Positions 48,655-60,868 of a DNA stretch of 64,000 bases are shown one piece after another; within the stretch, counting starts at the first letter, position 1; every line of letters starts with the position of its first letter. A program made the position numbers and the translations under genes. This stretch comes from Cetorhinus maximus (Eukaryota), in NCBI RefSeq assembly GCF_964194155.1, contig NC_135901.1, positions 35,960,001-36,024,000 on the forward strand. Direction: 5' to 3'. A model generated the notes under the pieces. That model did not search any database, was not told the DNA's origin, and saw nothing but the letters and a program-made list of their open reading frames with translations.

Positions 48655-49830
48655 AACAAATACAAAAATACCTAGAAAAACTCTGCAGGTCTGACAGCAT
48701 CTTCAGACAGGGATACAGTTAACGTTTCGAGTCCGAATGGCTATTCGTCAGAACTAAGGAAAAATAGAAAAGACGTGAAATATAAGCTGGTTTAAGGGGG
48801 TGGGGGGGGGGGGGGAACAGGTGGAGCTGGATAGTGGGCCAGTGATAGGTGGAGATTGCCAAAAGATGTCATAGACAAAGAGATGTTGACGGTGGTGATA
48901 TTAGCTAAGACATGTGCTAATGAGGACATTAAGGGTAGAAAGCAGGATGAGCAAGGGACAGATAGCCCTAGAGGGGGTGGGGTGGGGTGAAGGGAAGGGA
49001 TCGAAATAGGCTAAAAGGTAGAGATAAAACAATGGATGGAAATACATTTAAAAATAATGGAAATAGGTGGGAAAAGTAAAAGAAAAATATATATAAATTA
49101 TTGGAAAAAGGGGGAATCGGAAAGGGGGTGGGGATGGAGTAGAGAGTTCATGATCTAAAGCTGTTGAACTCAATATTCAGTCCGGAAGGCTGTAAAGTAC
49201 CTAGTCGGAAGATGAGCTGCTGTTCCTCCAGTTTGTGTTGAGCTTCACTGGAACATTGCAGCAGGCCAAGGACAGACATGTGGGCATGAGAGCAGAGTGG
49301 TGTGTTGAAATGGCAAGCGACAGGGAGGTCTGGGTCATGCTTGCAGACAGACCGAAGGTGTTCCGCAAAGCGGTCACCTAATCTGTGTTTGGTCTCTCCA
49401 ATGTAGAGGAGACCGCATTGGGAGCAGCAAATGCAGTAGACTAAATTGAGCGAAGTGCAAGTGAAGTGCTGTTTCAATTGAAAGGAGTGTTTGGGCCCTT
49501 GGACGGTGAGGAGGTTGGAAGTAAAGGGGCAGGTGTTGCATCTTCTGCGGCTGCATGGGAAGGTGCCATCGGAGGGGGTTGAGGTGTAGGGGGTAATGCA
49601 GAATGAGCAAGTGACAGATAGCCCTAGTGAGGGTGGGGTGGGGGAAGGTGTCGAAATGGGCTAAACGCCTGGAATAAAACAATGGATGGAAATAAATTTT
49701 TAAAATAATAATAGAAATAGGTGGGAAAAGAAAAATATGTTAAAAAATATACATAATAAATATGAAAAAACGGGATCGAAGAGGGGGGTGAGGATGGAGG
49801 AGAGAGTTCATGATCTGCAGTTGTTTAACT
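48655..49830 (-). mobile_element. Penelope-like retroelement 3' part (GIY-YIG endonuclease) in partial tandem
   Basis: ORF 49148..49477 NLVYCICCSQCGLLYIGETKHRLGDRFAEH..GLN; 49600-49830 repeats 48945-49172; hammerhead core at 48716-48755. Confidence 0.9.
48716..48755 (-). ncRNA. Minimal hammerhead ribozyme motif (core intact, stem II damaged)
   Basis: Minus strand AGTT CTGACGA ATAGCCATTCGGACTC GAAA CGTT AACT; stem I AGTT/AACT and palindromic ACGT stem III. Confidence 0.55.
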
Positions 49831-49849
49831 TCAAACAGAACTTGAAATT

Positions 49850-50335
49850 CGACCGCCTTCATCCCGTTCCCGCACCCGTACTGCGCATGCTTCGCTCCAG
49901 CCTGGCACCGCCCCTAATTTACTCCGATTGGCTGGAGGATCAGCCGCCCACGCTCGGTCCTCCAGTCCTGCCCCCTCCACCTATTGGTCCGCAGCTGTCG
50001 TCAATCATTAAGAGTTGGAGCATGCGCAGACTGTGCGGACGGAAGGTAAACGAGGTCTTGCGAGTGGATTTAAAATGCACGTTTTACAAAGACTGAGTTG
50101 GGATTCAGAGCCGAAAATAAACGCGTGAAGAAAAATAGGGCCGGTGGGTGGGTTGAGAGGCTTCATAAACTCACGGTGTGGGCCCCAAAACCTCAATAAG
50201 AAGCCATCGGTCCCGCGTTTCACGAAGCGGAACGACAGCTGAGGCTTTTCTCCGGAAATAGGCCCGAGGTGATGGCCGCCATCTTTGTAGGGGGCAATGA
50301 GCAGCAGAGCGCATGCGTGACCGCCATGTTTACAG
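49850..50335. promoter_or_regulatory. Probable bidirectional CpG promoter P7
   Basis: Minus-oriented CCAAT/GC cassette 49880-50008 fused to a plus-oriented block: GCATGCGCA ~50019, GGCCGCCATCTT ~50274, GCGCATGCG ~50309. Confidence 0.65.
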
Positions 50336-50819
50336 AAGCCGCAGACCCGAATGAATGACCTGAAGGAGGGACAATAAATCTGAGATAGAGTTTGGTGTGA
50401 GATCAATGGGTTGTTGTAAAACAGGAAATCAGGGTAACGGTCAGAAACAACAATAATTTCTATTAACATCATAAATCATCCCAGTGAGCTTCACAGGAAA
50501 ATTATAAAACAAAGTGTGACACCCAGACATATAAGGGGATATTAGGGTTGGTGACCAAAAGCTTGGGCCAATAGTTTTAAGGAGAGTCTCAAATAGTCGC
50601 TTGGTTGTACAGAGCTGGAGTGTTACTGAGAAAACCGGCATGGTCCCAAAACTTTTCGACTTGCGCTCTTCAGGGCAGGCACAAGAATAGCGAATTTCAA
50701 AGGGAACAACAATTTATACTGCATGAGAAAAGGGTGCTGATTGGTTGGCCAGTCAGTTCTGATTGGTCATTGCCATGGATAATACACCAGGGAGCAATTG
50801 TCCCCCAGGCTTTTCTTTA

Positions 50820-52625
50820 AGTACATATAAAGAAAAAAATTAGTAAAGACAGTCCGAAACGGGCGAATTTATAATAGAAAACAAGGAAATGACAAAGCAA
50901 TTAAATTCACGGAGGAAGACAAAAATAACTTCCCAGAAATACGAGGGACCCAAGGGTCCAGTGAGAAGGATGACTTGAAGGAAATTAGTATTGCTAAAAC
51001 AATAGTGCTGGAGAAATTAATGGAGCTGAAAACCGATAAATCCCCAGGGCTCGATAATCTACATCCCAGAGGACTAAAGGATGTGACCATGGAAATAGTG
51101 GATGCGTTGATTGTCCTCTTCCAAAACTCTGTACATTCTGGTTCAGTCCCAGCAGATTGGAGGGTGGAAAATGTAACCCCACTATTTAACAAAGAAGGGA
51201 GGGAGAAAACATGGAATTACAGACCAGTTAGCCTGACCTTGGTAGTAGGGAAAATGCTAGAGTATGTTATAAAGGATGTGATAATAGGACACTTGGAAAA
51301 TATCAACGGGGTTAGACAAAGTCAACATGGATTTATTAAAGGGAAATCATGTTTGACAAATGTGGAGTTCTTTGAGGATGTAACTAGCAGAATAGGTAAG
51401 GGAGAACCAGTGGATGTGGTGCATTTGGATTTTGAGAAAGCTTTTGATAAAGTCCCACATAAGAGATTAGTGTGTAAAATTAAAGCACACGGGATTTGGG
51501 GTAATATATTGACGTGGACTGAGAATTGGTTAGCAGACAGGAAAGAGAGAGTCGGAATAAGTGGGTCTTTTTCGGAGTGGCAGGCGGTGATTCGTGATTT
51601 ACCGCAGGGATCAGTGCTTGGGTCCCAGCTATTCACCATGTATACCAATGATTTGGATGAGGGAACCAAAAGTAATATTTCCAAGTTTGCTGAAGACACG
51701 AAACTTGGGAATGTGAGTGATGACGAGGGTGTTAAGAGGCTTCAAAGTGATTTAGACTCAAAGTGAGTGAATGGACAAATACATGGCAGGTGCAGTATAA
51801 CATGGATAATTGTGAAGTTATCCACTCCGGTAGAAAAAACAGAATGGCAAAGTATTATTTAAATGGTGATAGATTGGGAAATGTTGATGTTCAAAGGGGC
51901 CTGGGTGTCCTTGTGCACCAATCACTGAAAGCAAGCAAGCAGGTGTAGCAAGCAGTGAAGAAGGCAAGTGATATGTTGGCCTTCATTGCGAGAGGACTTG
52001 AGCACAGGAGCAAGAATGTCTTTCTGCAGCTGTACAGGGCCCTGGTGACACCACACCTGGAGGATTTGTGTCTAATTTTGGTTTCCTTACCTAAGAAAGG
52101 ATATACTTGTCACAGAGGGAGTGCAGCGAAGGTTCACCAGACTGATTCCTGGGATGGTAGGATTGGACCAACAAGGCCTGTATTCACTGAAGTTTAGAAG
52201 AATGAGAGGGGATCTCATTGAAATGTATAACATTCTGACAGGGATGGACAGACTGGATGCAGGGATGATATTTCCTTTGGCTTGGGGTGGGGGGATGGTG
52301 GTGGGGGTTGTGTAGAACAAGGGGTCACAATCTCAGGATACAGGGTAGACCATTTAGGACCAAGATGAGGAGAGACATCTTCACCCAGATGGTGATGATC
52401 CTGTGGAATTACCTACCACAGAGAGCTGTGGAGGCCATTTCAGTGAATTTATTTCAGAAGGAAATAGAGACATTTCTGGACTCTAAAGGAGTCAAGGGAT
52501 ATGGGGAGAGCACGGCAGTAAGGCGTTGAGATAGAGGATCAGCCCCCATGATCATTTGAATGGCGGAGGAGACTCGAAGGGCCGAAAGGCCTACTCCTGC
52601 TCCAATTTTTTGTGTTTCTATGTTA
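50820..52625 (+). mobile_element. CR1 LINE, RT plus 3' end
   Basis: ORF 50975..51766 (KSPGLDNLHPR, QHGFIKGKSCLTN, DFEKAFDKVPH, PQGSVLG, FAED) and downstream fragments. Confidence 0.92.
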
Positions 52626-52834
52626 ATTCAACACAAGGCCCCAAAGCTGGACATGTTCCTTCTGCCTGCAGAGGACAGGTCCCGATGTGTGAATATGTAT
52701 GGCTTCTAGCAAGTGTAAGTGAGACACATTATGAGCCTGACTGATAATCTTTGAAATTTGGTATTCTTGCAGCTGACCTGATGAGTACAAGATAAAAAGT
52801 TTTGACAGAATGTCTCTTTTTATTAATACTGTGT

Positions 52835-53515
52835 TGTCTTAAAGGTGGAAAATGTGGTAGACGGAGGGAGAGCTGTAGGGAGAGAATTTAGAGCTTGGTG
52901 ATGAGGCAACTGAAGTCACGGTCACTAATGGTGGAGTGATTAAAATAGGGAATGTACAAGACAGAATTAGAGCAGTGTAAATATCTCAGAGGGTTGTGGG
53001 GCTGGAGGAGATTACAGAGATAGGGAGGGGCGAGGCCATGGAGGGATTCGAAAACAAGGATGAGAATTTTAAAATCGAGCTGTTGCTTGACCGGGAGCCA
53101 AGGCAGGTCAGGAAGCAGAGGGGTGTTAGGGGAATGGGCCTCACTGTGAGTGAAGACACAGACAGCAGACATTTGGATAGTGCCAAATTTACAGAGGGTA
53201 AAATGTGGGAGACCAGCCAGGAATGTGTTGGAATAGTCGAGTCTGGAGGTAACAACGGCAGGGGTGAGGATTTCAGCAGCAGATTCACTGAGACAGGGGG
53301 AGGCTACAGAGGTGGAAACAGGCAATTTTAGTGATGGCAAAGGTATGAGGTCAGAAGCTTATCCCGAGATCAAATGTAACGCTGTGGTTGTGAACAGACT
53401 GGCTTAATCTCAGACTGTTCCCAGGGAGAGGGATGGAGTTGGTATCTGGGAAATGGAGATTGGAGCAGGGACTGAAAACAGTGTCTTCAGTCTTCTCAGT
53501 GTTTAATTGGAGTTA
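52835..53515 (-). mobile_element. L2-type LINE 3' fragment (paralog of 36830-37515)
   Basis: VTSRLDYSNTFLAGLP..WLPVKQQLDFKILILVF. Confidence 0.85.
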
Positions 53516-54341
53516 ATTAGTCATCAGGAAGAGAAGCAGGAACCAGAATGGGTCATGAGACTGATCCTAGGTTTAACTTAGTTAGAGAGGGAGAGAAGGA
53601 AGGAAGGAAACCCTGGGAGGTTTGGAGAAACCACCTTCACAATCACTCATTAAATCACCACGCAGTATGTTTTGGACACAAGATTAATGTCTGCTATTCT
53701 GTATGGTCGGACAGGGGGTTTCAGATTAATCTTTTGTCATGAGTAATGAGTGAAGTGAATGATCAGAGATATTGTTATCTCCAGTTGCACAAATTTGTTT
53801 AAAAAGATACAGAAAAAAATTGTCCAAAACTCTGTTTGGAATTCAGCACAGGGAGGAGGGCGAGTGTGTGGGACGGGGATTTGTAGCTTTCGGGGAACAA
53901 GGGAGGAAAAAAATGTTCCACAGGAACGAGAATTGTCTGTTCTGAATTTCTATCCTGTTCTTACAGTGATGACTTTTGTAAACTCCTTTTGCAGAGAATT
54001 AAAGGGGAGGATTTGCAGACGGGAAACTCAAACCAAACATCACATCAAGTTCTGACAAAGTCACTCGATTCATCAGGACCTGAATATCATCGGCCTTTGA
54101 ATGTGGAGGGAGAAATGTTTGTCTGTTCTGTCTGTGGGAAAATATTTCAAACATCAGTGTGACTGGAAAAGCACTGAGACACACACACACCCGAGTGAGA
54201 GTGTTCCAGTGAACTGACTGTGGGAAGAGCTTTAACCAGTTACACAGCCTGAAATAACATCACACCATTCACAGCGGGGAGAAACAGTACGTGTTCTCTG
54301 TGTGATCATCAAACCTGGAGAGACACAGGGACACCTGCACC

Positions 54342-55436
54342 ATGGAGAAACCGTGGAAATGTGAGGAGTGTGAGAAAGGATTCGATTACCCATCCCAGCT
54401 GGAAAAACATCGACGCAGTCACTCTGGGGAGAGGCCGTTCACTTGCTCTCGGTGTGGGAAGGGATTCACTCAGTTATCCCACTTGCTGAGACACCAGCGA
54501 GTTCATGTTGAAGGTCGGCCATTCACCTGCCCTAAATGTGGGAAGGGATTCACTCACTTATCCCAACTACTGACACACCAGCGAATTCACACTGGGGAGA
54601 GGCCATTTACCTGCTCCGAGTGTGGGAAGGGATTCACTACATCATCTGACCTGCTGACACACCAGCGAGTTCACACTGGGGAGAGACCATTTACCTGCTC
54701 CGACTGTGGGAAGGGATTCATTCGGTCAGCCCACCTGCTAACACACCAGCGAGTTCACACTGGGGAGAGGCCATTCACCTGCTCTATATGTGAGAAAGGA
54801 TTCACTCGGTCCTTTGACCTCCTGAAGCACCAGCGAATTCACACTGAGGAGAGACCGTTCAGCTGTACTTCCTGTGGAAAGAGTTTCAGGTCTCCATTCC
54901 ATCTCACTGTACACCAGCGAATTCACACTGAGGAGAGGCCGTTCAGTTGTACTTCCTGTGGAAAGAGATTCAGGTCTTCATTCAGTCTCACTGTACACCA
55001 GCGACTTCACACTGGAGAGAGGCCGTTCATCTGCTCTAATTGTGGGAAGGGGTTCAATCAAGCAGTTAGTCTACTGAGACACCAGCGAGTTCACACTGGA
55101 GAGAGGCCGTTCACCTGCTCCGAGTGTGGGAAAGGATTCACTGGGTCCTCTGACCTGCTGAAGCACCAGCGAATTCACACTGAGGAGAGGCCGTTCAGCT
55201 GTACTTCCTGTGGAAAGAGATTCAGGTCTTCATTCAGCCTCATTGTACACCAGCGACTTCACACTGGAGAGAGGCCATTCACCTGCTCCAAATGTGGGAA
55301 GGGATTCACTCAGTCATCTCACTTACTGACACACCAGCGAGTTCACACTGGGGAGAGGCCATTCATCTGCTCCAAATGTGGGAAGGGATTCACTCAGTCA
55401 CCACATCTGCGTAGACACCAGCGAGTTCACAAGTGA
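54342..55436 (+). CDS. C2H2 zinc-finger protein, intact, 13 fingers (364 aa), no effector domain
   Basis: Uninterrupted ORF of 13 x 28 aa, ACCATGG Kozak context, all Cys/His ligands present; acceptor TTTTGCAG at ~53993. Confidence 0.92.
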   Translation: MEKPWKCEECEKGFDYPSQLEKHRRSHSGERPFTCSRCGKGFTQLSHLLRHQRVHVEGRPFTCPKCGKGFTHLSQLLTHQRIHTGERPFTCSECGKGFTTSSDLLTHQRVHTGERPFTCSDCGKGFIRSAHLLTHQRVHTGERPFTCSICEKGFTRSFDLLKHQRIHTEERPFSCTSCGKSFRSPFHLTVHQRIHTEERPFSCTSCGKRFRSSFSLTVHQRLHTGERPFICSNCGKGFNQAVSLLRHQRVHTGERPFTCSECGKGFTGSSDLLKHQRIHTEERPFSCTSCGKRFRSSFSLIVHQRLHTGERPFTCSKCGKGFTQSSHLLTHQRVHTGERPFICSKCGKGFTQSPHLRRHQRVHK

Positions 55437-56580
55437 CCTCAGAGTTTGGATTCTGCTGTTATTGCTGCTGTTAATCACATCCAGGACTGAACCATGTTCA
55501 TTCTGACAGTTGGAGTTTGTTTCTGCTGATGTTAAGAATCGCTGTTACTGGGCTGGAGCTTAATATTCTGGATCTATTGCTGGTTGTGTTCTCGGGGCTG
55601 CAGTGTCCCTTTAAGAACCGCTGTCTCTGATCTTTCCCCACAATTCAGGAACTCATCACAAATTAGTTTACAACAAGATTCTGAACTTTTACTTCAGGAT
55701 TCTTTAGTAAGTGTTGCCCAATGGTGGAATCGCATCTAATATCATTGAAGGGGAAGCTGGACAAGCACAAGAGGGAGAAGGGAATAGATGGTTAAGATGG
55801 TAGATTTAGATCAGGATAAATGGGAGGAGGTTCTTGTGGAACATAAACACCAGCATGGACTGGCTGGGCCGAATGGCCTGTTTCTGTGTCATGTATCCTA
55901 TGTAATTATACTCAGGGTCTGGTTCTAACTTTTAAACTATACCACCTATTCCTAGACTGCCTAACCAGCAGAAATAATTTCTGTTTACCCTCTGTTCCCG
56001 TTAATGTGCTCAATTCGGCTTTTACTGTCACTGTTAATCACATCCATGTTCCGTTGGGGTTTGTTTCTGCTGATGTTAATAATCCCTGTAACTGGGCTGG
56101 AGTTTAACATCTTGATGTTAAATAAATCAGCTTTGTTTCAAACATGCAGTATGTTAAGTCCTTGATTTCTCCAGGATGAGACTGATTGGTGTCCTGTTAC
56201 TGACTGCCCCTTTTTTGGGTCTTTTCCCCTTTCTTACTCGAGATTCTTTCAGTTCTCATACCTTTGCTTACTCTCACGGACAAGTCCCAGCTCCCTGTTC
56301 CTCCCAGAGATCCTCTGTTCACCTTGCGATTCAGGGAAGGCATCGCTATCAAAAACAGAAAATGCTGGAAATAAAAATCCATACTTTTCCAATTGCCAAT
56401 CGATTTTCTCCGGGATTATTGTCTCCAGCCTTTCCCCACCACTGATGTGAAGCTGATTGTCCTGGAATTGCTGTGTTTTTGAACAGGGGTGCAACATTTA
56501 CAATCTGTCAGTCCTTTGACACCACTACTACATCAGGAGGATTGGAAGATTGTGACCAGAGCCTCCACAAGTTCCATGTG

Positions 56581-56655
56581 AAGGATGCTGTCTCTGACAG
56601 TGCAGCAGTCCCTCAATGTCACCCTGGAGTGTCAGCCTAGATAATGTGCTCAGGT
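56581..56655 (-). mobile_element. Deu-domain SINE fragment
   Basis: Minus strand CTGAGCACATTATCTAGGCTGACACTCCAG..GAGGGACTGCTGCACTGTCAGAG. Confidence 0.5.
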
Positions 56656-56924
56656 TTATTACTATTTCCTCTTGTTATTGATGTGGGTCATTAAGAAACA
56701 ATGGACTCTTATGATGTCATCCAGTCCCAGTGCGATGATGTCATGGAGACTATTAAATACCAGCAGAGCCTTAGTGGTGAAAACAGTTTTGTTCGAGATG
56801 GCAGCAAGTCCATTACTGATAGATCAGCAAATGGAATTAATGGGAAAGAAAGTGAAGCAGCTCATGAACATCAGGAATAGGGTTGTGAATTATGAAGATG
56901 AGCAACGTGTATAGTATACATGTC

Positions 56925-57245
56925 CCGTCTCCCAAAAAGCTGCCCCCATCTCCCGAAACGCTGCCCCCATCTCCCGACACTCTGCCCATCTACCCACACT
57001 CTGCCCCCATCTCCCGACACTCTGCCCCATCTCCCCACACTCTACCCCCATCTCTGATACTCTGCCCCCATCTCCCGACACGCTGCCCCCATCTCCCGAC
57101 ACTCTGCCCCCCATCTCCCGACACTCTGCCCCCATCTCCCGACACTCTGCCCCCATCTCCCAACACACTGCCCCATCTCCCCACACTCTACCCCCATCTC
57201 CTGATACTCTGCCCCCATCTCCCGACACTCTGTCCCCATCTCCCG
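56925..57245. repeat. 21-bp minisatellite, ~15 copies
   Basis: (CCCCATCTCCCGACACTCTGC)n with variants. Confidence 0.95.
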
Positions 57246-58252
57246 AGCAGCCTGTCTCTACCTCTGCTGAACCCTCACAGGATGCACCATGTTGAAACCA
57301 GAGGAAAGGACTGGGTGAGAAATTATAATTCACCAAGGGTGTGCACATGGAGGTTTGACAAAATATTAAGTTTCCTGTGTTTAACAATGACACAAAAAAT
57401 GTATTGATTGGGACCACTTCCAGCTCTTGTCCATTCTGACATCCCGTGGGCGAGCTCGCCCTCTCACTGGGTTCATGCTGAATATCAATCCAGGCTGGGA
57501 ACCATTGGGTGGATGTGCAATGGGTGGATGAGTGGGTGAAGGAATGTTCAGTTCACAGGGAGGGGGATGGGGGAGGGGGGTTGGTGCTGGTGGTGGTAAG
57601 TGTTCATTCTGAAGGAGTCCCACCTGAAACAGTGACCACTAACTTATCACTTTCTAATGGTGATTGACCTGCTGTTTATTTCCCCAGGTTTGTTCTGTTT
57701 AGTATTTCAGTATTTATATATTTTTGTTTTTGCTAAAACATGTTCTTGTTCTGACACTGAAATCCAGAGGATTTTAACTCTGTTAATGTCAATCTCCATC
57801 GAGTACACAGGAGGACTCAACTGTTCCAAACTTCTTATGGTATCAATAAACCAATATCCTACAAGATGTTTATTTGGCGAATTGTTTTTCTCTGAGACCC
57901 GGGACAGTCAAACTATGTCCCAAAGTTCAGATTTTGGCTTTGAGCCTGGGCTATGGGGCCCACATACATGGAGCACCATTACGGGATGCCCTTCATCCCC
58001 GATTTTAATCACTCTACCATTGGTGGCCGGGCCTTCAGCTGTCTGGACCCTAAGCTCTGGAATTTCCACCCTAAATCTCTCCAGCTTTCTAATTCACTTT
58101 CCCCCTTTCAGACACTCTTTCGAGCCGACTTCTTTGACCAAGCAGTTGGTCATCTGACCTAATATGTCCTTATGCCCCTGTGAAACTTCTTGGGACAATG
58201 TATTACGTTAGAAGCTCGATATAAATATAAGTTGTTGCATTTGTTGTTGTAA

Positions 58253-58685
58253 TTCAGTCAGACCTGATCACTTATTGAGTCTGTATGAATGTAACTCAGA
58301 TAGACACAGCTTGTGTCATAGTCGTGAGATCTGATCACTCACTGAGTGAGAGAGTCTGTATCAATATAACTCAGATAGACACAGCTTGTGTCATAGTTCA
58401 GTGAGACCTGATCACTTACTGAGTGAGTGAGTCTGTATCAATGTAACTCAGATAGACACAGCTTGTGTTCAGTGAGATCTGATCACTTCCTGAGTGAGTG
58501 AATCTGTATGAATGTAACTCAGATAGACACAGCTTGTGTTCAGTGAGATCTGATCACTTCCTGAGTGAGTGAGTCTGTATCAATGGAACTCAGATAGACA
58601 CAGCTTGTGTCATAGTTCAGTGAGACCTGATCACTTACTGAGTGAGTGACTCTGTATCAATGTAACTCGGATACACACAGCTTGT
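58253..58685. repeat. ~72-bp tandem repeat, 6 copies
   Basis: TTCAGTGAGA(C/T)CTGATCACTT..TGAGTCTGTATCAATGTAACTCAGATAGACACAGCTTGTG; single unit at 4198-4259. Confidence 0.92.
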
Positions 58686-60500
58686 TGGAACAGACCTGGG
58701 GAGAAGGAAGCTCTAAATTAATTACTGGACTTTCTGTTTGCCACAGTTGGGAAAAAGGTGATTCTGTCCAAACTTCCAAATGACTAATCAAGTCATCAAA
58801 GATGGTTTGTTGTTTTGAGTTGAATTATTTGGTAGAATTAGAGTGAAGGAATGGGATTGACCCACAGCCTGAGCCACCACTTTAAGGACAGGAAACGTGA
58901 GAATCTGGAGAGGAGAGAAGAATTAGTAGGTGACTGGGCACTAAATCTGGAACAATGAGCAGAGAGGGGGAGGAATGTGTGGGACAGGGGTTTATAGACT
59001 TGGGGGAATGAAAGGAGAAAGAATATTCCATAGAAACTAGAATTGTCTGTTCTGAATTTCTATCCTGTACTGACAGTAAACACTTCTGTAAACTCTATTT
59101 ACAGGGGATTAGAGGGAGAGGATTTTCAGATGGGAAAATCAAGCCAAAAATCTTGCAAGATCTTATAGAAACACTGAATTCATAAATGATCAGCCTCTGA
59201 TTATGGAAGGAAAAATGTTTGTCTGTTCTGTCTGTGGGGAAGATTCACATCATCAGTGTGACTGGAAACTCACTGGGACACACACACACACACACACACA
59301 CGAGTTGGAATCGCATCTCGGGTCAAACCTGACATCACGTGTGCAAAAAATCTGGTTTACATTCAGATAGTTGCCAGGGAGAGGAATGGAGTTGGTAGAT
59401 CGGGAATGAAAACAATGGCTTCAGTCTTCCCAATATTTAATTGGAGGAAATTTCTGCACATTCACCACTGGATATCAGACAAACAGTCTGATAATTTAAC
59501 AAAAGTGGAGAAGTAGAGAGAGGTAGTGGTGAGGTAGAGCTGGGCACTGACTGTACATGAGACTGTGTTTTCAGATGATGTCACTGTGGCGAGCATGTTG
59601 ATGAGAAATAAGAGGAGGCCAAGGCTGGATACTTTGGGGGCACCAGAGGTAACTGTGGGAGTGGGAAGGGAAGACATTTCAAGTGATTCTCTGGCTATGA
59701 TGAGATAGAAAAGAATGGATCCAGGAGAGAGCAGCCCCACCCAGCTGGATGACAGTGGAGAGGTGTTGGAGCAGAATGGTGTGGTCATCCTTGTCAAAGG
59801 CTGCAGACAGGTTGAAGCTTGTGTAAATTAGTCTAAATTTGAGAGATATACATATACAGTTTTTAAAAAAGCATATTTTCAGGATTATGAAAAGTTTTAT
59901 GAGCCATAAAATGTTTGTAGAGGAGAAAACACCTTTCTGACTGTACATCACACCAATAGCTTCTGTTGAATATAAATGAAACCATATTGCAGTGACTATG
60001 ATAAAATCTGCTTGTGTGTGTAATTGGCAGTCATGTATATGAAATATCCTGTACATGCAGAAATGGAATTTCAAGATTTTATTTAGTGAAGAATTATAGA
60101 GTTATAAAGAGAATTATTAAGAGTTAATTATACATGAATCCAATTTACAATGTAGACTTTACATTATATTAAATTTCCATTGAGCTTAGAGCAAGTATTT
60201 AGCTGCTTGAAGTGCTCTCTGCAGAATAATGATTGTCCAAACTGTCGGTCTGAAGCCTCCTCCCTGCTCAACATCTCCTGTAACCCCCAGATTTTCACTC
60301 CAGGGTCACACCAAGTTTGAGACATTAAAATGGGGTTTCACCGGGAAAAGGTTTGGGTAGCGCTGGATTAATAGACTCAGCGCATTGTGTTTAACACTAA
60401 ACTGTTTTATTTGACTTTTATGTGGAGTATATTAACATTAGCAGCCCCTAATGAACAGTGTTCAGTCCTGGATGTGATTAACAGCAAAATCCAATAACTG

Positions 60501-60868
60501 TCATGACTCATGAACTCGCTGGTGTCTCAGCAGGTGGGATGAGGTAGTGAATTCTTTTCCACACTCGGAGCAGGTGAATGGTCTCTCCCCATTGTGATCT
60601 CGCTGGTGTCTCAGCAGGTTGGATGACCGAGTGAATCCCTTTCCACATTCTGAGCAGGTGCACAGTCTCTCCCCAGTGTGAACTCGCTGGTGTCTCAGCA
60701 GGTGGGATACCTGAGTAAATCGTTTCCCACAGACGGAGCAGGTGAACGGCCTCTCCCCAGTGTGCCTGCGCCAATGAGTTTCCAGCTGAGACTGGTAGAT
60801 ACATCCCTTCCCACATTCCCCACATTCCACAGTTTCTCCCCACTGTGAACAATGCCTTTTCCCTCCAT
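60501..60868 (-). pseudogene. 4-finger C2H2 ZNF, frameshifted paralog of 6066-6518
   Basis: ATG at 60868; span of 368 bp is not a multiple of 3 because of a 1-bp loss at ~60826; F-to-C change in finger 1. Confidence 0.82.

Noticed and set aside
50975-51766. Active reverse transcriptase gene
   Set aside because: 5'-truncated, the catalytic motif reads FAED, and stops and frameshifts follow
56890-57417. Long overlapping ORFs of 171-175 aa
   Set aside because: Artefact of a stop-free 21-bp minisatellite
58253-58685. CRISPR-like periodic array
   Set aside because: Units are contiguous with no unique spacers, no cas genes, and the context is vertebrate
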